Below, piece after piece: positions 1-6,488 of a stretch of 16,360 nucleotides of DNA. The position numbers and the translations under genes were made by a program. The notes beneath the pieces were generated by a model that had not been told where the DNA came from, searched no databases, and saw nothing but the letters and a program-made list of their open reading frames with translations. Each line of letters opens with the position of its first letter. Position 1 is the first letter of the stretch. This DNA is from a virus, in the UHGV virus genome UHGV-0072940, one strand, 5' to 3'.

Positions 1-53
1 TATTTGCAGTTTTCGCAGATGATGTCGGTGATACTTCGTCGCTGTCGCCTCAT
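1..53 (-). CDS. nin-region ORF, 5' end only (runs off the window start); possibly NinE-like
   Basis: ATG at 53..51 on the minus strand overlaps the TGA stop of the methyltransferase gene (ATGA coupling). The frame MRRQRRSITDIICENCK stays open to position 1. The NinE assignment is from memory and unverified. Confidence 0.4.
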   Translation of the reverse strand, partial: MRRQRRSITDIICENCK

Positions 54-577
54 GCCGCCCTCCTGACGCCCTGCCCGATCGCCATCAATGCCGCTTTGGA
101 TACGGTAGTAAACATCCGTCGAGGACTGATGAACGGTCGCCAAATCAGCAGCATGGAACCTTTGCTGTTTCCCTTCTTCTCCAGCCCTGTCGATGGTTCG
201 ATAAAATTAATCCGTCCATCAGTGATGATGCGAACTTCGTCAACACTCTCCAGAGCCTTACTGAACCATCCGACAGACATATCCTCTGGCACAAGCATCA
301 CTACCGTCTGTCGTTGTTGTATGCACTGCTCAGCGGCTTTTTCCACCCACGGCCTGATATTGCTGTACGGTGGGTTATTCCAGATTGCACCGTGGCTTAC
401 CCACTCAGAATTGAGCGCGTCGTCGGCCTCAGTTAGCCAGTGAGCACACAGAGCATTTTTGTCGCTCGCTGCCGAATCCAGCCAGAATCCAAACTCAATA
501 TCCAGTGCATCAAAAAGCCAAAGCGGCGTTTGCCAGCAGTCCTTGTCGTGTGCTGGCGTATTTGATTTGATAGTCAT
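50..577 (-). CDS. phage DNA N6-adenine methyltransferase (Dam-like, orphan)
   Basis: Six-frame ORF 50..604 contains the NPPY motif (AIWNNPPYSN) typical of N6-adenine methyltransferases. Start chosen at ATG 577..575, which overlaps the NinB stop as ATGA; the upstream ATG at 604 is an alternative. Confidence 0.75.
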   Translation of the reverse strand: MTIKSNTPAHDKDCWQTPLWLFDALDIEFGFWLDSAASDKNALCAHWLTEADDALNSEWVSHGAIWNNPPYSNIRPWVEKAAEQCIQQRQTVVMLVPEDMSVGWFSKALESVDEVRIITDGRINFIEPSTGLEKKGNSKGSMLLIWRPFISPRRMFTTVSKAALMAIGQGVRRAA

Positions 578-1020
578 GCAGCCTTCCCTTTTCGTTGTGA
601 CCATTCATACTCTCGCCAGGAGTCATCACTCCACCGCACGTTGCGCTCTGAGCCGAACCAGAACATGATTTCGATAAGCTCAGTCATGCTGGCCTTCCGC
701 ATTTTGCTGGTGCGCACACCAAGCATGACAACGCCACCGCCGATACCAGGCGCACTTCGTTGCTCCAGTTTTTTGGTCTTAAGCCACAGGGCAGTGAACA
801 GGTCTTTCCAGTCTTCCGGCGCCAGCCGTTGACCATGCCATAGCACCTGACGCGAAACATCGTTCAGCATCGGCCACATACGGTCATTCTGCGCTTTGCT
901 GCGCTTGGGTTCTTTAACGTGGACTTCGTGGGGTGACTTGTCGTCGATGGGTAGTGAGAGAATGGCGTCTATGGCGTTATTTCTGATTGCTTCGTTGCGA
1001 AGCAGAAAGGTTTGCTTCAT
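574..1020 (-). CDS. ninB: NinB (Orf-family recombination mediator)
   Basis: Translation from MKQTFLLRNEAIRNNAIDAIL to WSQRKGKAA is collinear with lambda NinB as recalled (148 vs 146 aa). Start placed at the internal ATG 1020..1018, preceded by a GGAG-type RBS; the six-frame ORF extends further upstream but that part lacks NinB similarity. Confidence 0.85.
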   Translation of the reverse strand: MKQTFLLRNEAIRNNAIDAILSLPIDDKSPHEVHVKEPKRSKAQNDRMWPMLNDVSRQVLWHGQRLAPEDWKDLFTALWLKTKKLEQRSAPGIGGGVVMLGVRTSKMRKASMTELIEIMFWFGSERNVRWSDDSWREYEWSQRKGKAA

Positions 1021-1213
1021 CTCCTGCTCTCCGGTTCCATTTTTCAGCCGCCGCAGCAACTGATGGTGCCCATGCCCCCCTGGCTTCACAGAGGTCACAT
1101 TCTGCATAGCCCCACACATCAATATTTATTCCGGCCTCAACCCACAGACGAGCATTACCGCCGCAAAACGGACATTCTTTTAGCTTTGGCTGGGTTAATG
1201 ATAGGTCGCTCAT
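977..1213 (-). CDS. Lar-family restriction alleviation protein (small zinc-ribbon)
   Basis: 78-aa product MSDLSLTQPKLKECPFCGG...YAECDLCEARGAW with a CPFCGG / CDLC pattern as in Lar/RalR-type proteins. ATG at 1213..1211 with GGAG RBS. The 3' end overlaps the ninB start by 44 nt in another frame. Confidence 0.65.
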   Translation of the reverse strand: MSDLSLTQPKLKECPFCGGNARLWVEAGINIDVWGYAECDLCEARGAWAPSVAAAAEKWNRRAGDEANLSASQRSNQK

Positions 1214-1223
1214 GCTCACTCCT

Positions 1224-1439
1224 TTACTTAAAATCCAGACTCCGGATAATTCTGTTGCGCTGAAACTCATTGTTGAGTTTGAACAACCGTCGAAGAACAC
1301 GGTCACGCGGATAGCGTCGTGCGGCAGGTGAATGCTCATACAACTCATCAAGCGGCAAACTGGACGATGAACGATACCGATACCAACGCACCAACTCTTC
1401 ACGAAAATTAGCCCTGACAAGCTCAGCTATCGTACTCAT
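1224..1439 (-). CDS. hypothetical protein, 71 aa, Arg-rich
   Basis: ORF with GGAGG RBS about 10 nt upstream of ATG 1439..1437. No recognisable motif. Lies between the tR2-like terminator and lar, a position that is empty in lambda. Confidence 0.5.
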   Translation of the reverse strand: MSTIAELVRANFREELVRWYRYRSSSSLPLDELYEHSPAARRYPRDRVLRRLFKLNNEFQRNRIIRSLDFK

Positions 1440-1465
1440 TTCTTAAAGCCTCCAATTACTCTTCC

Positions 1466-1499
1466 TCAAATAAAAAGGCCTGCGATTACCAGCAGGCCT
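1466..1499 (-). terminator. rho-independent terminator, tR2-like (after ren)
   Basis: 8-bp perfect stem AGGCCTGC (1476..1483) / GCAGGCCT (1492..1499) with an 8-nt loop. On the minus-strand transcript it is followed by UUUUUAUUU; the plus strand has no U tract, so it is unidirectional. Confidence 0.65.
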
Positions 1500-1524
1500 G
1501 TTACAAGCTCAGTGATGTAGATGG

Positions 1525-1815
1525 TCATCTTTTAACTCCATATACCGCCAATACCCGTTTCATCACTGCACTCTGGCGACACTCCTTAAAAATCAGGTTC
1601 GTGCTCACCTTTCCTTCCCGTTCTTCCCTGGTAGCAAACCGGTAATACACCGTTCGCCAGACCTTACCATCAATGACAAGGATTCCTGCCCGCGCCATTT
1701 TAGCCGCAGCCTGATTTATACTGGTTACGGTTGCGCCTGTTAGCGCGGCAACGTCCGGCGCACAGAAGCTATTATGCGTCCCCAGGTAATGAATAATTGC
1801 CTCTTTGCCCGTCAT
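1525..1815 (-). CDS. ren: Ren protein
   Basis: 96-aa product MTGKEAIIHYLGTHNSFCAPDVAALTGATVTS matches lambda Ren as recalled. Same length as lambda ren (291 nt). ATG overlaps the P stop (ATGA). Confidence 0.85.
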   Translation of the reverse strand: MTGKEAIIHYLGTHNSFCAPDVAALTGATVTSINQAAAKMARAGILVIDGKVWRTVYYRFATREEREGKVSTNLIFKECRQSAVMKRVLAVYGVKR

Positions 1816-2513
1816 ACACTTGCTCCTTTCAGTCCGAACTTAGCTTTAATTTCTGCGATCTTCGCCAGCGCCTGAACATGATTTAGAGGTCTGCCGCCCA
1901 TGACAGGAAGTTGTTTTACTGGTTCAGGGATCGCCTCACCACGGTTAATTCTCGCAGTCATATGGACAAGCTCATCTGCGGCCTTACGGCGTAATTCCGC
2001 ATCAGTAAGCGCATTGGCCCGCATGTTCTGATACAGGTTGGTAACCAGCCAGTAGTGCGCGTTTGATTTCCACGGATAAGACTCCGCATCCGGATACAGG
2101 CCTCGCTTCCGGCAATACTCGTAAACCATATCAACCAGCTCGCTGACGTTTGGCAGTCCGGCGATAACGGATGCTTCTTCCCGGCACCATGCAACAAACT
2201 GCCCGGGTGATGGCAGAAATGGTCGATTCTGCCGACGGGCTACGCGCATTCCTGCGTTAACCTGTTCCATTGTGGTGATCCCGTTTTCCCGGAAAGCCAG
2301 AACCCACTGGCGGCGGATTTCGTTCAGTTCGTTCTGGTCACGGTTAGCCAGACTCGCCGGGAAAGTTGCCAGTAACTGGCTGAACACACCGTTGATGATC
2401 TGCGCAACCTGCTGTACCTGCGGCTTTTCGTCGTACTGTTCCGGCATGTTGTTGGCGATCCGACGCATCTGCTCACGGTCAAAGTTAACCATCTGTGCGG
2501 CGATGTTTTTCAT
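1812..2513 (-). CDS. P: replication protein P (DnaB helicase loader)
   Basis: 233-aa product MKNIAAQMVNFDREQMRRIANNMPEQYDEKPQVQQVAQIINGVFSQLL is near-identical to lambda P as recalled. 702 nt, as in lambda. ATG overlaps the O stop. Confidence 0.9.
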   Translation of the reverse strand: MKNIAAQMVNFDREQMRRIANNMPEQYDEKPQVQQVAQIINGVFSQLLATFPASLANRDQNELNEIRRQWVLAFRENGITTMEQVNAGMRVARRQNRPFLPSPGQFVAWCREEASVIAGLPNVSELVDMVYEYCRKRGLYPDAESYPWKSNAHYWLVTNLYQNMRANALTDAELRRKAADELVHMTARINRGEAIPEPVKQLPVMGGRPLNHVQALAKIAEIKAKFGLKGASV

Positions 2514-3448
2514 AAATCCACCCCGTAAATCCAGTCAGTGTTTGTCAGGTCGAGTTTTGGTTTTCCAGCTGTCACGCCAGCCTGTTGCTTGTTACGGTTG
2601 ATTTCGAGTTGGGTCCACTTGTCGCGGAGTTTGGCCGGACTTAGCACGTTACCGGACCAGAAGTTGTCCTGGCATGCCCAGCGGAACAGCACGCACATGT
2701 CGCGGTGGTTACGTCCGTCACGTTCACGCATCAGGCGGATATCGTTAGCCCACCCTGCAAAATTCGGTTTTCTGGCTGATGGTGCGATGGTCTTCACCAT
2801 GTCAAACATCCACTCTGCGGCGGTCAGGTCTTCTGCTGTTCCCCACTTGCTGCCGCTCTGAATTGCAGCATCCGGTTTAACCACAGAAAGATCGTTTTCT
2901 GGCTGGTCAGAGGATTCGCCAGAATTCTCGGACGAATAATCTTTTCTTTTTTCTTTTGTAATAGTGTCTTTTGTGTCCCCCTGTTTTGAGGGATAGCAAT
3001 CCCCTAATTTGAGGGATGTTTTATCCCTCGTTTTAGGGGATTTTCCCTCGTTTTGAGGGATGTCCCTCATTTTAGGGGAACCTCCCTCGTTTTGAGGGAT
3101 GCACCATTCTGAGGTGTTTTTATTTGGTCCAAACATGCCGCCTTGCTGCTTGATAATATTCATTCTGACGAGTTCTAACTTGGCTTCATTGCACCGTTTG
3201 ACGGGTAACTTTGTAATCTCGCTAAGTTGAGAATCGGTGATTCTGTCCATTGGTTTATTCCACCCATAGGTTTTACGCAGAATGGCAAGCAGCACTTTAA
3301 ACTGTCGCTTGGTCAGATCTGCGCCTGAATAAGCCTCAAGCAGCATATTTGATAGTCTGGCGTAACCATCATCGAGATCTGCCACATTACGCTCCTGTTC
3401 GGCAAAGTTACCTCTGCCGAAGTTGAGTATTTTTGCTGTATTTGTCAT
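2510..3448 (-). CDS. O: replication initiator protein O
   Basis: 312-aa product. The N-terminal (MTNTAKILNFGRGNFAEQERNVADLDDGYARLSNMLLEAY) and C-terminal parts match lambda O; the central part is encoded by the iteron array. GGAG RBS 7 nt upstream of ATG 3448..3446. Confidence 0.9.
   Translation of the reverse strand: MTNTAKILNFGRGNFAEQERNVADLDDGYARLSNMLLEAYSGADLTKRQFKVLLAILRKTYGWNKPMDRITDSQLSEITKLPVKRCNEAKLELVRMNIIKQQGGMFGPNKNTSEWCIPQNEGGSPKMRDIPQNEGKSPKTRDKTSLKLGDCYPSKQGDTKDTITKEKRKDYSSENSGESSDQPENDLSVVKPDAAIQSGSKWGTAEDLTAAEWMFDMVKTIAPSARKPNFAGWANDIRLMRERDGRNHRDMCVLFRWACQDNFWSGNVLSPAKLRDKWTQLEINRNKQQAGVTAGKPKLDLTNTDWIYGVDL
2976..3100. repeat. ori iterons, about 6 copies of a ~19-bp O-binding repeat, with an adjacent AT-rich region at 2930..2975
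   Basis: Tandem units of the form tCCCTCnttTTgAGGGAt at about 2976..2994, 2999..3017, 3023..3041, 3043..3061, 3062..3079 and 3081..3100, all inside the O reading frame. They are followed, in the direction of O transcription, by an A/T-rich run (aataatcttttcttttttcttttgtaatagtg). Confidence 0.8.
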
Positions 3449-3458
3449 AATGACTCCT

Positions 3459-3535
3459 GTGGATTGATCCAGTAATTCCCTCAGAATTGCATATCAATTT
3501 GCTTAGAGTCCCCGGCGGCCACCGGGGATTTTTTC
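3459..3535 (+). ncRNA. oop: OOP-like antisense RNA (about 77 nt) with its promoter pO and terminator
   Basis: Plus-strand promoter-like hexamers TTGAGT (3424..3429), 16-bp spacer, CATAAT (3446..3451). Intrinsic terminator: stem CCCCGG (3510..3515) / CCGGGG (3522..3527) followed by TTTTTT. The transcript is antisense to the 3' end of cII and lies in the O-cII gap, as lambda oop does. Confidence 0.6.
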
Positions 3536-3777
3536 TTTGTGATTTCATCAAGCGCATACTTAAAAGCCCTGCTAATCGGACTGATGTCTGATGCCATTCC
3601 GAAAGCACACAGGACCGAAGCAATAAACCGCCAGTCCGTTCTGCTTATCTTCGATTCATGACAGCCAATCATCTTTGCCAGACCGCGCTGGGTAAGCGTT
3701 GACAGGTTGATGAGTAAATCAGTTTCAGCGCGATCAATTTCTCGCTGTGATAGTTTGCTGTAACTTGTTTGTTCCAT
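3481..3777 (-). CDS. cII: CII-like transcriptional activator
   Basis: 98 aa. The C-terminal KKKSPVAAGDSKQIDMQF resembles lambda CII KKRPAATERSEQIQMEF, there is a central HTH-like segment, and the gene sits between cro and O. Divergent from lambda CII overall. Confidence 0.7.
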   Translation of the reverse strand: MEQTSYSKLSQREIDRAETDLLINLSTLTQRGLAKMIGCHESKISRTDWRFIASVLCAFGMASDISPISRAFKYALDEITKKKSPVAAGDSKQIDMQF

Positions 3778-3790
3778 TTCTTAAGATTTC
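3755..3790 (+). promoter_or_regulatory. putative CII-dependent establishment promoter (pRE-like)
   Basis: TTGC-N6-TTGT direct repeat at 3755..3768 inside the first codons of cII on the opposite strand, with a weak -10 candidate TAAGAT at 3782..3787. The orientation would send transcripts antisense through cro into cI. Confidence 0.4.
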
Positions 3791-3862
3791 CAATAGTGAA
3801 TAGTTAGTTGAAAGGTATGCGTGGAAACGCATGTGGCCTTAGTTGGTCAGATATATTGGGAC

Positions 3863-3908
3863 TCGCTTTGTCAGCGACGTAGGACGAATGTCCATTGTGA
3901 AAAGAGCG
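3863..3908 (-). promoter_or_regulatory. nutR: boxA, spacer hairpin, boxB
   Basis: Minus-strand reading: boxA CGCTCTTTT (3908..3900) 8 nt past the cro stop; a spacer containing a GGAC/GTCC hairpin (3882..3893); CTACG; then boxB UCGCUGACAAAGCGA (3877..3863), a 5-bp stem with a GACAA pentaloop. Confidence 0.6.
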
Positions 3909-3915
3909 GTGTTAC

Positions 3916-4143
3916 TTATGCAGCCAGAAGGTTCTTTTTGCTTATTTCAAGCATTTCGCTTGCTTGATATTTGCCACCAGAAATCTCTTCGATTTTTGAT
4001 GCGTATTTAGTTTTCCCAAAAAACTCAGTCTTAGGGAGGAAGCCGTTTTTGAGCCACTTATAGACAGCCCTTTCGCTAACTCCACAAGCCTTCGCAACTT
4101 CAGGGATGCCGACACCTTTAATCGGCTCATCAAGATTTTGCAT
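3916..4143 (-). CDS. cro: Cro-like repressor (HTH)
   Basis: 75-aa product with HTH segment GIPEVAKACGVSERAVYKWLKNG. First gene of the PR operon, divergent from cI. AAGGA RBS upstream of ATG 4143..4141. Confidence 0.75.
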   Translation of the reverse strand: MQNLDEPIKGVGIPEVAKACGVSERAVYKWLKNGFLPKTEFFGKTKYASKIEEISGGKYQASEMLEISKKNLLAA

Positions 4144-4221
4144 AGGAATATCCTTTTTCGTACTTTCAGTACGTATTATGGTTGAACTGAAAGTTTTTGC
4201 AAGTGCTTTAGTATCGTACTC
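4144..4221. promoter_or_regulatory. OR operator region with divergent PR (minus) and PRM (plus)
   Basis: PR on the minus strand: -35 TTGCAA (4197..4202), 16-bp spacer, -10 CATAAT (4175..4180). Dyad sites: CGTACTTTCAGTACG (4159..4173) and GAACTGAAAGTTT (4184..4196), centres 24 bp apart; a third dyad AGTATCGTACT (4210..4220) overlaps a PRM -10 candidate TAGTAT (4208..4213). The cI ATG at 4222 is about 8 nt from that -10, so the cI mRNA is probably leaderless. Confidence 0.6.
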
Positions 4222-4929
4222 ATGGTTCAGAATGAAAAAGTGCGCAAAGAATTCGCCCAGCGGCTAGCGCAAGCCTGTAAAGAAGCTGGTCTTGATGAAC
4301 ATGGTAGGGGAATGGCTATAGCCCGTGCCCTTTCTCTTTCGTCCAAAGGCGTTAGCAAATGGTTTAATGCTGAGTCTTTACCGCGTCAGGAAAAAATGAA
4401 TGCGCTTGCGAAATTTCTAAACGTTGATGTTGTTTGGCTTCAGCACGGCACTTCGTTAAATGGAGCGAATGATGAAGATACTCTTTCATTTGTTGGCAAA
4501 TTAAAAAAAGGGTTAGTGCGCGTGGTTGGTGAGGCAATTCTTGGTGTTGATGGTGCCATCGAGATGACCGAAGAGCGCGATGGGTGGCTCAAAATTTATA
4601 GCGATGATCCAGATGCCTTTGGTCTTCGTGTGAAAGGAGACAGCATGTGGCCCAGAATAAAATCAGGAGAATATGTACTCATTGAGCCTAACACCAAAGT
4701 ATTCCCGGGTGATGAGGTGTTTGTCAGAACCGTTGAAGGACACAACATGATTAAGGTTCTTGGCTATGACAGAGATGGAGAATACCAATTTACAAGCATT
4801 AACCAGGATCACAGGCCTATAACGTTGCCTTATCATCAAGTAGCAAAGGTGGAGTATGTAGCTGGTATTCTGAAGCAATCTCGCCATCTGGATGACATCG
4901 AGGCAAGGGAGTGGCTGAAAAGTTCGTGA
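4222..4929 (+). CDS. cI: CI-type prophage repressor (N-terminal HTH, C-terminal S24/LexA-like peptidase domain)
   Basis: 235 aa. N-terminal HTH region, C-terminal GDSMWP serine motif with a downstream Lys (NMIKVLGYD). Divergent from cro across an operator region. Not lambda immunity by sequence. Confidence 0.85.
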   Translation: MVQNEKVRKEFAQRLAQACKEAGLDEHGRGMAIARALSLSSKGVSKWFNAESLPRQEKMNALAKFLNVDVVWLQHGTSLNGANDEDTLSFVGKLKKGLVRVVGEAILGVDGAIEMTEERDGWLKIYSDDPDAFGLRVKGDSMWPRIKSGEYVLIEPNTKVFPGDEVFVRTVEGHNMIKVLGYDRDGEYQFTSINQDHRPITLPYHQVAKVEYVAGILKQSRHLDDIEAREWLKSS

Positions 4930-4989
4930 CTTCATCGTCACATAGCTGGTAACCAGTGGCCAGAAGAAACGTTTGGGTGAGGAGGATAG

Positions 4990-5331
4990 ATGGCGTTCAC
5001 TGACCTTGAATATCAAGCGGTCAAAAAAGAAGTTCACCAATTCATTGAAAGCATAAGGCCGCCTGAACATATCCGCAATGAACTGGATATTGTTTATAGC
5101 ATCAATGACCAAACGATAGATATCGGCGAACAGCGCCCCGTGTGGCAGGGCAACCCAGGTGAAACAAACATCCTGCCATCAGCAAGAATCAAGTACATAC
5201 GTTCTCTGGATAGATGGAAAATCTATTGGATGCGGAAGGATATGAAATGGCATCAGTACAGTACTGAACTTTCGCTGACTGATGCGCTTGAGCTTGTGCG
5301 TGCTGACCCGGATTGCTGCTTCTTCGGATGA
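4990..5331 (+). CDS. hypothetical protein A (113 aa), first gene of the cI-linked operon
   Basis: Strong RBS GAGGAGG 5 nt upstream of ATG 4990. No terminator between the cI stop (4929) and this gene. No recognisable motif. Confidence 0.6.
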   Translation: MAFTDLEYQAVKKEVHQFIESIRPPEHIRNELDIVYSINDQTIDIGEQRPVWQGNPGETNILPSARIKYIRSLDRWKIYWMRKDMKWHQYSTELSLTDALELVRADPDCCFFG

Positions 5332-5401
5332 GTGAAGAGACGTTTGGATGATGGATGGTCGCAGAGATGCTCGTAGAGCATACAGCGATGCAGGAGAATT
5401 T

Positions 5402-5836
5402 ATGGCACTTAATTTAGAAAGAATATCTTTTATAACCCCATTTGATAGCAGCGAAGAACCCAACCAACCGACGCTTAATTTTACATGCAATGAATTTCCT
5501 GCGCGGCTATCAATTGATTTCAGGGTTGGTATGATCGGGTTGAAACCAAATTCAAGATATAATTTGGGTATTATGGTAATCCCCGCGCACCTAATTATAA
5601 AAAAAGGTGAGGAAATTCAATTCCCTGACGGCTCTTCGGAATCAGTTTCACTTTTCATCGATACGAAAGATAGCCATTTTGAAACAGGGGTTGGCGGACA
5701 GGTAATAGTAACATTGAAAGAAATTAGGGTCCCAGCTAAAGGGCTGTATAGTGTTATAGGGATATTGCAAGATAATGAAGACCCTAAAAATGAACTTCAT
5801 AAAAATGAATCATTTTTCACCGTAGAGCTATTATGA
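5402..5836 (+). CDS. hypothetical protein B (144 aa), second gene of the cI-linked operon
   Basis: Start placed at the internal ATG 5402 preceded by AGGAG (six-frame ORF begins at 5348). AT-rich coding sequence. Stop overlaps the next start (ATGA at 5833..5836). Confidence 0.55.
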   Translation: MALNLERISFITPFDSSEEPNQPTLNFTCNEFPARLSIDFRVGMIGLKPNSRYNLGIMVIPAHLIIKKGEEIQFPDGSSESVSLFIDTKDSHFETGVGGQVIVTLKEIRVPAKGLYSVIGILQDNEDPKNELHKNESFFTVELL

Positions 5837-6453
5837 GTGACGACAGTAATTTAAATAATCATGGAAAGCAAGACACCAACATATCTGAAAGCCGGAGGTT
5901 GAAGGTTGTTGGCGGTTCTGATTTTGAGGCTGAATTTGATAATTCTCCCACCAAGGTGCAAAATAATTACATAAAACCGCCACAAACGGAGGAAGAAGTG
6001 GGAACGATCAGCAGAGAGGAACTTGATGCTCGCTTAGCTGCTAATAAAGCAGAGATGGAGTCTATTGCTTCCTCCATTAGGGCTGACATGGCTCTATCTC
6101 GTGAAAGCGTTAATGTCCAATTTGCATCACTTAATGCAGCCATAAGCTCTCTATCGTCCAAGATCGATGGAAAGATGGATAGCGCTGCTGGCGATATAAA
6201 AGCAATTAATGGGAGATTCGAAGGAATTCAAGGACAAATAACAGGGGTTAATACCGCAATTAGTGGTGTTCAGTCGGGTATTTCTATACGATTAGCCATT
6301 TTTAGTGTCATTATCGCTGTAATAGTTGCGATTCCCGGGCTGGTATCAGCTTTAAAGTCAGACCACGCACCTTTGCAACAGCCTTCCACTTTGCAAGCGC
6401 CGCCACAAAATACCCAGCCAACAGACAACAAAAAAATCACTCCCCAGCATTAA
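5833..6453 (+). CDS. hypothetical membrane-anchored protein C (206 aa), third gene of the cI-linked operon
   Basis: Translationally coupled to B. Polar N-terminus, long Ala/Ser/Ile-rich helical segment, one hydrophobic span LAIFSVIIAVIVAIPGLVSAL near the C-terminus, then a Pro/Gln-rich tail. Confidence 0.6.
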   Translation: MSDDSNLNNHGKQDTNISESRRLKVVGGSDFEAEFDNSPTKVQNNYIKPPQTEEEVGTISREELDARLAANKAEMESIASSIRADMALSRESVNVQFASLNAAISSLSSKIDGKMDSAAGDIKAINGRFEGIQGQITGVNTAISGVQSGISIRLAIFSVIIAVIVAIPGLVSALKSDHAPLQQPSTLQAPPQNTQPTDNKKITPQH

Positions 6454-6460
6454 CGCATTA

Positions 6461-6488
6461 ACCCGGCTTCCGCGCCGGGTTTTCTTTG
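6461..6488 (+). terminator. rho-independent terminator closing the cI operon
   Basis: Stem CCCGGC (6463..6468) / GCCGGG (6474..6479), 5-nt loop, then TTTTCTTTG, immediately after the stop of gene C. Confidence 0.65.

Noticed and set aside
96-832. plus-strand ORFs of 63-115 aa
   Set aside because: Antisense to the methyltransferase and ninB genes, which have clear motifs and translational coupling on the minus strand.
1958-2861. ORFs 1958..2197 (minus), 2272..2601 (plus) and 2538..2861 (plus)
   Set aside because: Embedded in or antisense to P and O, whose frames match lambda replication proteins.
3408-3623. 71-aa minus-strand ORF
   Set aside because: It overlaps the cII 3' end and the O start in a different frame. 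The region is better explained by cII plus the OOP antisense RNA.
3818-3833. hairpin ATGCGT-GGAA-ACGCAT between cII and cro, considered as a boxB or tR1 terminator
   Set aside because: On the PR (minus-strand) transcript the loop would be UUCC and there is no U tract, so it matches neither a boxB nor an intrinsic terminator. The boxB is better placed at 3863..3877.
3942-4133. 63-aa minus-strand ORF inside cro
   Set aside because: Alternative frame of cro without its own start signals. The cro frame has the HTH and a proper RBS.
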